Source of the DNA: Smithellaceae bacterium
GTDB taxonomy: Bacteria; Desulfobacterota; Syntrophia; Syntrophales; Smithellaceae
Direction: 5' to 3'
Assembly: GCA_035448625.1 (NCBI GenBank)
Contig: DAOTJI010000003.1
Location: 14-64,013 of the forward strand
Length of the DNA stretch: 64,000 bases
Shown here piece after piece: positions 16,706 to 25,225 of the stretch. Numbering within the stretch: position 1 is the first letter of the stretch; each line of letters opens with the position of its first letter. The notes beneath the pieces are model-generated. The model made no database searches. It was not told where the DNA came from and saw only the letters and a program-made list of their open reading frames with translations. The position numbers were made by a program, and so were the translations under genes.

Positions 16706-17914
16706 ATGAAGACATGCGGCAGGATTTTACTTGCGTTGGGCATTCTGGCGCTGACGGCCATGGCGGGGCAGGCCATGGCCCAGACCAAAATCATCAAGGT
16801 CGGGGCGGCCATCAATCTGACGGGGCCCGCGTCGACCTGGGGGCAGTTTCACGAAAAAGGGCAGCGGGACTACTTCCGCTACGTCAATGAGGTGAAAGGC
16901 GGCGTGTCCGGCTACAAAATTGAAATGATCACCATGGACACCGCCTACAAGGTGCCGGAGGCGCAGGCCGCCGTTCAAAAATTCATTCTGCAGGATAAAG
17001 TAGACATGATCGCCACATGGGGCGCGGGCGAAGGCCTGGCCGCGAAGCCCATCGTCCAGAAATACAAGATTCCGACGATCAACTATTCCACCAGCTGGGA
17101 GATTTTGGAAAAGCCCGTGGACTACATGTACCTGCCGTTCGGCAGTTATAAGATGGATTGTCAGGCGGTTCTTGAATACATCAAAGCCGTCCACACGGGT
17201 CCGGAGGCGCCGAAAGTCGGCCTGTTGACCTACAACAACGCTTACGGGCGTTCGATTCACGCGCCCAGCCGGGAATATGCGGCAAAACTGGGAATTGAGC
17301 TGGTGGCCGTCGAGGAATTTCCGCCCAGGACCGTCGACCTCAATACGGAGCTTCTCCGCCTGCAGAAAAAAGGCGCCCGGTACGTTTTCATCCAGATGCT
17401 GCCCTCGACCATCATCACCGCCTTCAAAAGCGCGGACCGCATCCAATACAATCCGTTGTTTCTGGGGACCTGGACGTCCACCGACCCCGATTTCTTCAAG
17501 ATGGGCAAAGGCCTCATTCGCGACCGCCTGGTGATGCAGTTCCCCGGCGGTTTGCCCTCGGACAAATCTAAAGGCATGGACGTGATGAGGGAATTGTGGA
17601 GGCGCTACAAAACGGTCAAGAGCTTTGACGCATCCTACTGGGAGGGCGTCGTCGTCGGCATGATCATGGAAAGGGCGTTTCAGCGAGCCTACGAAAAATC
17701 AAAGGCAATCAATCCCCAGACCGTCAACGCCGCGCTGGAATCCATGAAGAACGAAGATTTCGGCGGACTGGTGCCTGCGGTGAGCTTCTCAAAAGACAGT
17801 CACGAGGCCTCCTTCACCGCGCGCATGGTCAAAGTGCTGGAAAACGGGACGTATATTCCCTTGACAAATTTCTATGTTCCGGGAAAAGACAAAATCAAAT
17901 TGCTGAAGAAATAA
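16706..17914 (+). CDS. LIV-family (type I PBP) ABC transporter substrate-binding protein
   Basis: 402 aa with a signal peptide and a Leu/Ile/Val-binding-protein-family fold pattern. GGGGGA RBS. Confidence 0.85.
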   Translation: MKTCGRILLALGILALTAMAGQAMAQTKIIKVGAAINLTGPASTWGQFHEKGQRDYFRYVNEVKGGVSGYKIEMITMDTAYKVPEAQAAVQKFILQDKVDMIATWGAGEGLAAKPIVQKYKIPTINYSTSWEILEKPVDYMYLPFGSYKMDCQAVLEYIKAVHTGPEAPKVGLLTYNNAYGRSIHAPSREYAAKLGIELVAVEEFPPRTVDLNTELLRLQKKGARYVFIQMLPSTIITAFKSADRIQYNPLFLGTWTSTDPDFFKMGKGLIRDRLVMQFPGGLPSDKSKGMDVMRELWRRYKTVKSFDASYWEGVVVGMIMERAFQRAYEKSKAINPQTVNAALESMKNEDFGGLVPAVSFSKDSHEASFTARMVKVLENGTYIPLTNFYVPGKDKIKLLKK

Positions 17915-17920
17915 GCGAAC

Positions 17921-17957
17921 GGCGCGGGAAGAACGGTTCGTCCGAAATTCCCGCGCC
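17921..17957 (+). other. Stable intercistronic stem-loop after the binding-protein gene
   Basis: 10-bp GC-rich stem GGCGCGGGAA / TTCCCGCGCC with no T tract. A second, smaller hairpin lies at about 17962-17983. Confidence 0.6.
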
Positions 17958-17993
17958 GAAAAACGCGGTGTCGCAACACGCGTCGAGGTGTTC

Positions 17994-18824
17994 ATGAAAG
18001 CATTCCGCAGCCGTCCGTCGATCATGGTGAACCGGCCCCAGGAGGATAAGAAAGCCGAACTGGAGGTTCGCAATCTGCGTCTGAGCTTCGGCGGCGTCGT
18101 GGCGGTTCGGGACGTGGATCTGTCCGTCCGCACCGGTGAGCTGATGGCGGTGATCGGCCCCAACGGAGCGGGGAAGACCAGTCTGCTCAACTGCATCACC
18201 GGCTTCTACCGCCCTCAGCAGGGCAGCATTCTTTTCAACGGCCGGGATATTACGCATCTGCACACGCACCAGCTGGTCGGCATCGGCATCGGCCGAACGT
18301 TTCAGAACATCGAACTCTTTCCGGGCATGACGGTGCTGGCCAACCTGACGCTGGCCCGTCACATCCACTGCCGGTACAGCTTTTGGCGTTCTTTCCTCTA
18401 TACGCCGTCCGTCCGCGAAGAGGAAATCCGCCACCGCCGGATTCTCGAAGAAATCATCGACTTTCTGGAGATGCAGTCCATCCGTAAGCAAACCGTCGGC
18501 TCCCTGCCGTACGGCATGATGAAGCGAGTGGAACTGGGGCGGGCGCTGGCGCTGGAGCCGCGGCTTTTGATTCTGGATGAACCGTTCGCGGGAATGAACC
18601 TGGAAGAAAAAGAGGATATGGTGCGATTTCTGCTGGAGCTGAACGGTCGATGGGGCCTCACGATGGTGCTGGTGGAGCATGACATGTCCATCGTCATGAG
18701 CATTTCCCGGCGCGTCATGGTGCTGAACTTCGGCGAGAAACTGGGGGAGGGCACTCCCGCGGAAATCGGCGCCAATCCAGAGGTCATTAAGGCGTATCTC
18801 GGCGATGCACAGTCGCCGTCATAA
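17994..18824 (+). CDS. ABC transporter ATP-binding protein (LivG-like)
   Basis: Walker A GPNGAGKTS. The ATG at 17994 has a GAGG RBS; the track used the GTG at 17988. Confidence 0.85.
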   Translation: MKAFRSRPSIMVNRPQEDKKAELEVRNLRLSFGGVVAVRDVDLSVRTGELMAVIGPNGAGKTSLLNCITGFYRPQQGSILFNGRDITHLHTHQLVGIGIGRTFQNIELFPGMTVLANLTLARHIHCRYSFWRSFLYTPSVREEEIRHRRILEEIIDFLEMQSIRKQTVGSLPYGMMKRVELGRALALEPRLLILDEPFAGMNLEEKEDMVRFLLELNGRWGLTMVLVEHDMSIVMSISRRVMVLNFGEKLGEGTPAEIGANPEVIKAYLGDAQSPS

Positions 18825-18840
18825 AGAAGGGTGAAACGCT

Positions 18841-20769
18841 TTGGAAAAGGCAACCCCGGATTCAATCAAACCAAACCAGCTTACGCTGCCGCAGCTTCTG
18901 GCGGTCAACGCCGAAAAATACGGTGACACGAAGACGGCCATCCGGGAAAAAGCCTTCGGCATCTGGCAGAAGTACACCTGGAGCGACTACTTTCATTATA
19001 TGAAAACAACGGCGGCCGGCTTTGCCTCCCTGAACCTGAGGAGAGGCGACAATCTGTGCATGATCGTCAACAATTCCCCGGAATGGCTCTTTTCCGAACT
19101 GGCCGCGCACGCGCTGGGCGCGACGTCGCTCAATCTCTTCACTTCCTCCATCGCCGAAGAGCTGGCCTTTTCCATCGGGCGTGTCCGCTCCCCCCTGGTC
19201 GTTGTGCAGGACCAGGAGCAGGTGGACAAGCTTCTGGAAATGAGGGACAAGCTGACGCGGGTTCAATACGTCGTGTACGTCGATCCCACCGGCATGACGT
19301 CGTATGAAAACGACCCCTGGCTCATCAGCTACGCGGCGCTTCTGGAGCGGGGCGAAAAATACCTGGCGGATCATTCGGGATTCATCGAGGAGGAAATCGG
19401 CAAAGGAAGGCCGCGGGACATTGCGGTCATGATCCAGACCTCCGGCACCACCGGCGTACCGAAAATCGCCATGCTGTCGCACCGGAACCTGACCGCCATG
19501 GCTCTCCAGTGGATTGAGGCTTCGAACATTCAGCCGGAGGAAAACTGGATTTCCATGTCGCCGACGGCCTGGATCGTCGATCAGATGTGGGGCATGGGCG
19601 TGGCGCTCGCCGGCGCCATGACCATGAACTTTCCGGAAACGCCGGAAACCGTTCTGGAGGACTTCCGGGATATCGGGCCTTCCATGCTGATCACGGCCTC
19701 ACGCTTCTGGGAAGACATGGCCTCCCGTATTCGCGTGAAAATCACCGATGCGGGCTGGCTCAAAAGGAAGCTCTTTTATCTTGGGGAAAGAGTCGGTAAA
19801 ACGGTCGTCGAAAAAAAATTGCGCAAGGAAAGCATTTCCTGGCCGCTCGGTCTGTTGTACCGCTTCCTGACGCTCGCGATTTACAACCCTTTGCTGGACC
19901 GTCTGGGCTGTTCCCGTTTTCACAGTGCGTTTACCGGCGGCCACCCGATCAGTCCCGACGTGATCGGCTTCTTCCGGGCAATCGGACTGAACCTGAAGCA
20001 GTGCTACGGACTCACGGAATCCTGCGGGATTTTCCAGATTCAGCCCGACGACGAGGTCAAGCTGGAGACCGTCGGCAAGCCGCTTCCGAATACGAGGGTC
20101 AGGCTGGCCGAGGATCAGGAAGTGCTGGTCCAATCAGAGGCCAATTTCTCCGGCTATTACAACGACTACCAGTCCACGGAGGCGGCGTTTGAAAACGGAT
20201 GGCTGAAAACCGGCGACGCGGGCTATATCGACGAAGACGGCCATCTGCTGATCATCGGGCGCAAGGAAGACATCATTCGCAACAAGAGCGGCGACGCTTT
20301 TTCGCCGGACTTCATCGAAACCAGGCTCAAGTTCAGCCCCTACATCAAGGAGGCGGTCACCTTCGGCGAGGCGCGGCCTTACATCACGGCGATGATCAAC
20401 ATCGATCTGGGCAATGTCGGCAGCTGGGCGGAAGAAAGGATGATTCCCTACACGACCTATATGGATCTGTCCCAGCAGAAGGCCGTAGAGGAGATGATTT
20501 TAAAGGAAGTCCGCGAGGTGAACCGCCAGCTTCCCGACGTGATGAAGATCAGAAAATTCGTTCTGCTCTATAAGCTTTTGGATGCGGACGACGACGAACT
20601 GACGCGCACCGGAAAAGTGCGCAGGCGATTCGTCTACGGTCTGTATATCAAAATCATTGAGGCGATGTACGGCGGGCTGCAAAGTGTGCCGGTGACGGGA
20701 AAAATCCGCTACCGCGACGGACGGATCGGCGAGATCGAAACCACCATCAACATTATCACCGTGGATTGA
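18841..20769 (+). CDS. AMP-forming acyl-CoA ligase (FadD/COG1022-like) embedded in the ABC operon
   Basis: 642 aa with the AMP-binding motif IQTSGTTGVPK and later TGD..DEDGHLLIIGRKED. TTG start with an AAGGGTG RBS. Confidence 0.8.
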   Translation: MEKATPDSIKPNQLTLPQLLAVNAEKYGDTKTAIREKAFGIWQKYTWSDYFHYMKTTAAGFASLNLRRGDNLCMIVNNSPEWLFSELAAHALGATSLNLFTSSIAEELAFSIGRVRSPLVVVQDQEQVDKLLEMRDKLTRVQYVVYVDPTGMTSYENDPWLISYAALLERGEKYLADHSGFIEEEIGKGRPRDIAVMIQTSGTTGVPKIAMLSHRNLTAMALQWIEASNIQPEENWISMSPTAWIVDQMWGMGVALAGAMTMNFPETPETVLEDFRDIGPSMLITASRFWEDMASRIRVKITDAGWLKRKLFYLGERVGKTVVEKKLRKESISWPLGLLYRFLTLAIYNPLLDRLGCSRFHSAFTGGHPISPDVIGFFRAIGLNLKQCYGLTESCGIFQIQPDDEVKLETVGKPLPNTRVRLAEDQEVLVQSEANFSGYYNDYQSTEAAFENGWLKTGDAGYIDEDGHLLIIGRKEDIIRNKSGDAFSPDFIETRLKFSPYIKEAVTFGEARPYITAMINIDLGNVGSWAEERMIPYTTYMDLSQQKAVEEMILKEVREVNRQLPDVMKIRKFVLLYKLLDADDDELTRTGKVRRRFVYGLYIKIIEAMYGGLQSVPVTGKIRYRDGRIGEIETTINIITVD

Positions 20770-20780
20770 GGAACCGGTTT

Positions 20781-21659
20781 ATGGATTTTTTTCTGCAACT
20801 GTTGGTGAACGGCGTCTGCATCGGACTGCTGTACGGCATTTCCGCGATGGGCTTCGTGATGATTTTCAAGGCATCCAGCGTGCTCAACTTCGCCCACGGC
20901 GAACTGCTGGCGCTGGGAGCCTTCTTTTTTCTCACCCTGGTCACCTGGGGGAAGATCCCCGTGCCGGCCGCGTTCGTGCTGACGCTGGCCGGATGTTTTC
21001 TGCTGGGATTTCTGATTGAAAAGTTTTTCCTGAGGCCGCTCATCGGCGAGAAGCTGATCTTTGTCATCATGCTGACGGTGGGGCTTGCCGCCATGTTCAA
21101 GGGCCTCATTCTGCTCATCTGGGGCGGCAATCTGCACACCTATCCGGAGTTTCTCCCTGAATCGCTGGAGTTTCATCTGGGGTCGATCTACATTGCGCCC
21201 GTGTATTCCGCCACGCTGATGATCAGCGTCGTGTTTCTGGTCCTCTTCGGCCTGTTTTTCAAGAAGTCGTCCCAGGGCATCTTCATGCGGTCGGTGGCGG
21301 ACAACCAGAAAGCGGCCCTGTCGCTGGGCGTTCACGTCCGCCGCGTTTTCGCGCTTTCCTGGGCGATTGCCGCAATGGTGGCCTGCATGAGCGGCATCGT
21401 TCTGGGCATCATCAACGGCGTGAATGTTCACGATCTGTCGGCCATCGGCCTGAAGGTCTTTCCCGTCGTGATTCTGGGAGGCCTGGACAGCATCGGCGGA
21501 GCCATCATCGGCGGCATCATCATCGGCCTTCTGGAAACCTTCACCGGCGGCTACCTGTCCCCGTCGTTGAGAGACGTGGTTCCCTATATCGTGCTGGTCT
21601 TCATCTTGATGGTGAAGCCTTACGGTCTGTTCGGCCTGGTGGAGATTGAAAGAGTGTAA
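20781..21659 (+). CDS. Branched-chain-type ABC transporter permease (LivH-like)
   Basis: Polytopic membrane ORF starting MDFFLQLLVNG, typical of the LivH family. Confidence 0.85.
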   Translation: MDFFLQLLVNGVCIGLLYGISAMGFVMIFKASSVLNFAHGELLALGAFFFLTLVTWGKIPVPAAFVLTLAGCFLLGFLIEKFFLRPLIGEKLIFVIMLTVGLAAMFKGLILLIWGGNLHTYPEFLPESLEFHLGSIYIAPVYSATLMISVVFLVLFGLFFKKSSQGIFMRSVADNQKAALSLGVHVRRVFALSWAIAAMVACMSGIVLGIINGVNVHDLSAIGLKVFPVVILGGLDSIGGAIIGGIIIGLLETFTGGYLSPSLRDVVPYIVLVFILMVKPYGLFGLVEIERV

Positions 21660-21660
21660 T

Positions 21661-22731
21661 ATGAAGAAACCATCGTTTCATCCCTGCGGGAATTTCCGCG
21701 AAACCTACGCCGAGGAGCTGGCGATTTTCGACACCTGGTTCGGCCGGGTGAGCCTGCTGGTCTTCCTGCTTCTGCTGTTCGGACTTGCGCCGTTTCTCCT
21801 GGACCGCTACCTGCTGTATATTCTGAACAGCATCGGGATCATGGCGATTGCCGCCGTCGGCCTCAATATTCTGATCGGCTACACCGGGCAGATCTCGCTG
21901 GGACACGGCGCGTTTTTCGGCGTGGGCGCCTACGCGGGGGCGATTCTGGCCACGCGCCTGAACCTGCCGTTCTTCGTCTGCATCCCCGCCGCGGGATTGA
22001 TCACCGCCATGGTCGGCATGATTTTCGGCATTCCTTCAGGACGCCTCAAGGGGCTTTACCTGACGATCGCCACGCTGGCCGGCCAGTTCATCATCGAATA
22101 TGTTCTGATCCAGTGGGAAAGTCTGACCAAGGGAACGATGGGGATCACGCTGCCGGAGCCGCAGGTTCTGGGGATCAACATCGCCGGGGACAAGGCCTTT
22201 TTCTTTCTGATTTTCACCTGCCTGGTGTGCATGACCTGGTTTGCGGTCAACATCATGCGCAGCAAATACGGGCGGGCGTTCATCGCCATTCGTGACAACG
22301 ACCGCGCGGCGGAGGGGATGGGCATTCCGATTTTCCGCTACAAGCTTCTGTCATTTGCCATCAGCTCTTTTTACGCGGGTTTCGCCGGTTCCCTCTGGGC
22401 CTACTACATGGTCAGCATTACGACGGAGCCCTTCAACCTCGCGCTGTCCGTGGAATTCATCGCCATGGTCATCATCGGCGGCATGGGCAATATCCCCGGG
22501 GCGATTTTCGGCGCAACCTTCATCACGGTGTTGAACGAACTTTTGCGCTTCGCGACGGGCGCCCTGATGAACGTCGGATGGATTGCCGGACTGGGGCTGA
22601 ACATGGCGCCGCTTCGCGAATTTGTTTTCGGACTGGCGATTGTGCTGTTCATTTTACTGGAACCCAAGGGGCTGGCGGAGTTGTGGCGCATTGTGCGCTC
22701 CAGCTTCCGGCTCTGGCCGTTCTCGTATTAG
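21661..22731 (+). CDS. Branched-chain-type ABC transporter permease (LivM-like)
   Basis: Polytopic membrane ORF. The ATG lies 1 nt after the LivH-like stop. Confidence 0.85.
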   Translation: MKKPSFHPCGNFRETYAEELAIFDTWFGRVSLLVFLLLLFGLAPFLLDRYLLYILNSIGIMAIAAVGLNILIGYTGQISLGHGAFFGVGAYAGAILATRLNLPFFVCIPAAGLITAMVGMIFGIPSGRLKGLYLTIATLAGQFIIEYVLIQWESLTKGTMGITLPEPQVLGINIAGDKAFFFLIFTCLVCMTWFAVNIMRSKYGRAFIAIRDNDRAAEGMGIPIFRYKLLSFAISSFYAGFAGSLWAYYMVSITTEPFNLALSVEFIAMVIIGGMGNIPGAIFGATFITVLNELLRFATGALMNVGWIAGLGLNMAPLREFVFGLAIVLFILLEPKGLAELWRIVRSSFRLWPFSY

Positions 22732-22814
22732 AAAATCAAGAAATATTTCTGCTTTTTCAGCAGAGACATTTCGCAGATTTTCTCATCCCGCATGGCGGGG
22801 TTAGGATAAAAAGC

Positions 22815-23615
22815 ATGGGAGACATTCTTTTACAGCTCAACAATATTTCCGTTGTGTATTCCGACGTGATTCAGGTGCTCAAAGGCGTGTCGCTATCGGT
22901 TGCGCGCGGACATATCGTGTCGCTTCTCGGCAGCAACGGAGCGGGAAAAACCACGACACTCAAGGCGATTTCCGGCCTTTTGAAGCCGGAAAACGGGGAA
23001 GTCACCGACGGCGACATTATTTTCAACGGAGTGAACATTCAAAATCAAGCACCCGAATTCATCACCCGCCAGGGCGTCATTCAGGTGCTGGAAGGCCGCC
23101 AGCCTTTCAAATATCTGACCATCGAGGAAAATCTGCGCGTCGGAACCGCCACCCGGCCGGGCAAACCCTATAAAGAAGATCTCGAAATGGTTTATCGTTA
23201 TTTTCCGGCGCTGGTGAAAAGAAAGAAGGCGCTGGCCGGGTACTGCAGCGGCGGGGAGCTGCAGATGCTGGTCATCGGCCGGGCGCTGATGGCGCATCCG
23301 CAGCTTCTGATGCTGGACGAGCCTTCGCTCGGCCTTGCTCCGCTGGTGGTGCAGGAAATCTTCCGCATCATCCAGAAGATCAATGAAGAGCACGGGACTA
23401 CCATTGTCCTGGTGGAGCAGAACGCCAACATGGCGCTGCAGGTCGCGCATTACGGCTATGTGATGGAAAACGGCAAAATCGTCATGGAAGGCACGGCCCG
23501 CGAGCTTGCCGACAACCCGGATGTCAAAGAATTTTACCTGGGGCTGGCCGCCTCGGGTATCGCCAAATCCTATAAGGACGTCAAATCCTACCGCCGCCGC
23601 AAACGATGGTTGTAA
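22815..23615 (+). CDS. ABC transporter ATP-binding protein (LivF-like)
   Basis: Starts MGDILLQLNNISVVY, with Walker A GSNGAGKTT and signature SGGE. The track ORF from 22578 is an upstream extension. Confidence 0.85.
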   Translation: MGDILLQLNNISVVYSDVIQVLKGVSLSVARGHIVSLLGSNGAGKTTTLKAISGLLKPENGEVTDGDIIFNGVNIQNQAPEFITRQGVIQVLEGRQPFKYLTIEENLRVGTATRPGKPYKEDLEMVYRYFPALVKRKKALAGYCSGGELQMLVIGRALMAHPQLLMLDEPSLGLAPLVVQEIFRIIQKINEEHGTTIVLVEQNANMALQVAHYGYVMENGKIVMEGTARELADNPDVKEFYLGLAASGIAKSYKDVKSYRRRKRWL

Positions 23616-23628
23616 AAGGGGAGGAACC

Positions 23629-24882
23629 ATGAAACGGTTGTATGATGAAAAAGAAGCGTGGAGCGTCGAAGAAAGAAAATCCCGGCAGGACAGGCGTCTG
23701 TCGCGCATGGTGAGACTGGGCTATCGGAAGTCGGCCTCCCTGAAAAAGATGCTCGACGACCATCGCATCGATCCCGCCCGAATCCGGACCAGGGAGGACT
23801 TGGAAGCGCTGCCCGTCACCTCGCGGGAAAAACTGGTGGAAATGGAGATGCGCAAGCCGCCCTACGCGGGTCTGGAAAATCCTGACATCGCCGTCGACCG
23901 CATTTTTACGTCTCCGGGACCGGTTTATGAGCCGCATTTATCCGAGACGGATTATCTCTGGGCGCGCGCTTTTTTCGCGGCGGGCATCGGGCCGAAGGAC
24001 ATCGCGCTCAATGCCTTTTCCTATCATCTGGTGGCGGCCGGCCTCACGTTTCACAACGGCCTGCGCAAAGTCGGCGCGACGGTGGTTCCCTCCGGCACGT
24101 CTTCATCGCAGATTCAGGTTCAGCTCATCCACGACCTGAAAGTAACCGCCTATGTGGGGACACCGAGCTTTCTTATGTCCATCATCGAAAAATCCAGAGA
24201 AATTGGCTATGATTTCAAAAAGGATTTCCGGGTAAAGAAGGCATGCTTTGCCGCCGAGCCGCTCCTGCCTTCACTGAGAGAAAAATTTGAAAAAGAATTC
24301 GGCATCAGAACCTTCCAGATGTACGGCGCTACGGAAGTAGGGGACGTGGCGTATGAATGCAAGGCGAAATCCGGCTGGCACATCTGCGAGGAAACGATTG
24401 TGGAAATCGTCGATCCGGCAACGGGCAAAAACGTTGAGCCGGGTACACTGGGCGAAGTGGTTGTGACGCGCCTCAACGATATTTTCTTTCTGCTGCGCTT
24501 CGGAACTGGCGATTTATCCCGGCTCGTCACCAAAAAATGCTCCTGCGGACGGACTTCTTATCGTTTAGCGGGCATTGCGGGAAGGATAGGCGATGCGGTA
24601 AAGGTGAGGGGGCTTTTCATCGCTCCCAGCCAGTTGAAGCTCCTTTCCGCCAGATTCGATAATATTCTCCTTCAGGCCGTGGTCGGCCGCAAAGGCCATG
24701 AAGACGTTTTAACGCTGCGCGTCGATAATTCGAATACACTAGTAAATACGGATAAATGGAAGAATAACTTCAAGAAGATATTTAAGGAATTGTGCACGGT
24801 CCGAATCGACGTTCTGGAAGTTGTGGAAAAAGGCGGAATCAAGCCGGACCAGAAGATGATCGTCGATTGCCGGACGTGGTAG
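23629..24882 (+). CDS. Phenylacetate-CoA ligase family (PaaK-like) adenylate-forming enzyme
   Basis: Strong GGGGAGG RBS. PaaK/F390-synthetase-like motifs include SGTSS, YGATE and GTGDLS. Confidence 0.8.
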   Translation: MKRLYDEKEAWSVEERKSRQDRRLSRMVRLGYRKSASLKKMLDDHRIDPARIRTREDLEALPVTSREKLVEMEMRKPPYAGLENPDIAVDRIFTSPGPVYEPHLSETDYLWARAFFAAGIGPKDIALNAFSYHLVAAGLTFHNGLRKVGATVVPSGTSSSQIQVQLIHDLKVTAYVGTPSFLMSIIEKSREIGYDFKKDFRVKKACFAAEPLLPSLREKFEKEFGIRTFQMYGATEVGDVAYECKAKSGWHICEETIVEIVDPATGKNVEPGTLGEVVVTRLNDIFFLLRFGTGDLSRLVTKKCSCGRTSYRLAGIAGRIGDAVKVRGLFIAPSQLKLLSARFDNILLQAVVGRKGHEDVLTLRVDNSNTLVNTDKWKNNFKKIFKELCTVRIDVLEVVEKGGIKPDQKMIVDCRTW

Positions 24883-25216
24883 ACGACATTATATTTTTGC
24901 CGAGGCGATACGCGTCGATCGTCGAGCCGAGCCACAGCAATAAAATCACAATCACCAGACCCACTGCGAGATTCAGGTCGATTGCCTTGAGCGCACTCTC
25001 CATGCTTAGGAGACCTCCGGCCGTCCCGGCGCCTCGCGATAATGCCTCCCGGACCATCAGAAGGGCGACCTGAAAAATCATCCAGGCCAGAACCAGCGTT
25101 GCAGTCGCCGCCGGCACCAGAAAAGCAAGGCCTCTCCCATATCGTTTCAAATAAATCTGTCCGCCGCCCGGAATGAGAAGAAAACTGAACAGGGCGGCTC
25201 TGGTCGCTTGATCCAT
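24839..25216 (-). CDS. Small membrane protein (hypothetical)
   Basis: 125 aa with 3 predicted TM segments and a PGGGQIYLKRYG motif. It lies 9 nt downstream of recJ. Its 3' end overlaps the convergent PaaK-like gene by 44 nt. Confidence 0.45.
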   Translation of the reverse strand: MDQATRAALFSFLLIPGGGQIYLKRYGRGLAFLVPAATATLVLAWMIFQVALLMVREALSRGAGTAGGLLSMESALKAIDLNLAVGLVIVILLLWLGSTIDAYRLGKNIMSSTTSGNRRSSSGPA

Positions 25217-25225
25217 GCCGATTCC

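Noticed and set aside
24839-24882. A 44-nt convergent overlap between the PaaK-like gene and the small membrane-protein gene, considered as possible antisense regulation.
   Set aside because: The overlap involves only the poorly constrained Ser/Arg-rich C-terminal tail of the small protein. This is a common consequence of late stop codons in GC-rich DNA, and there is no supporting structure.
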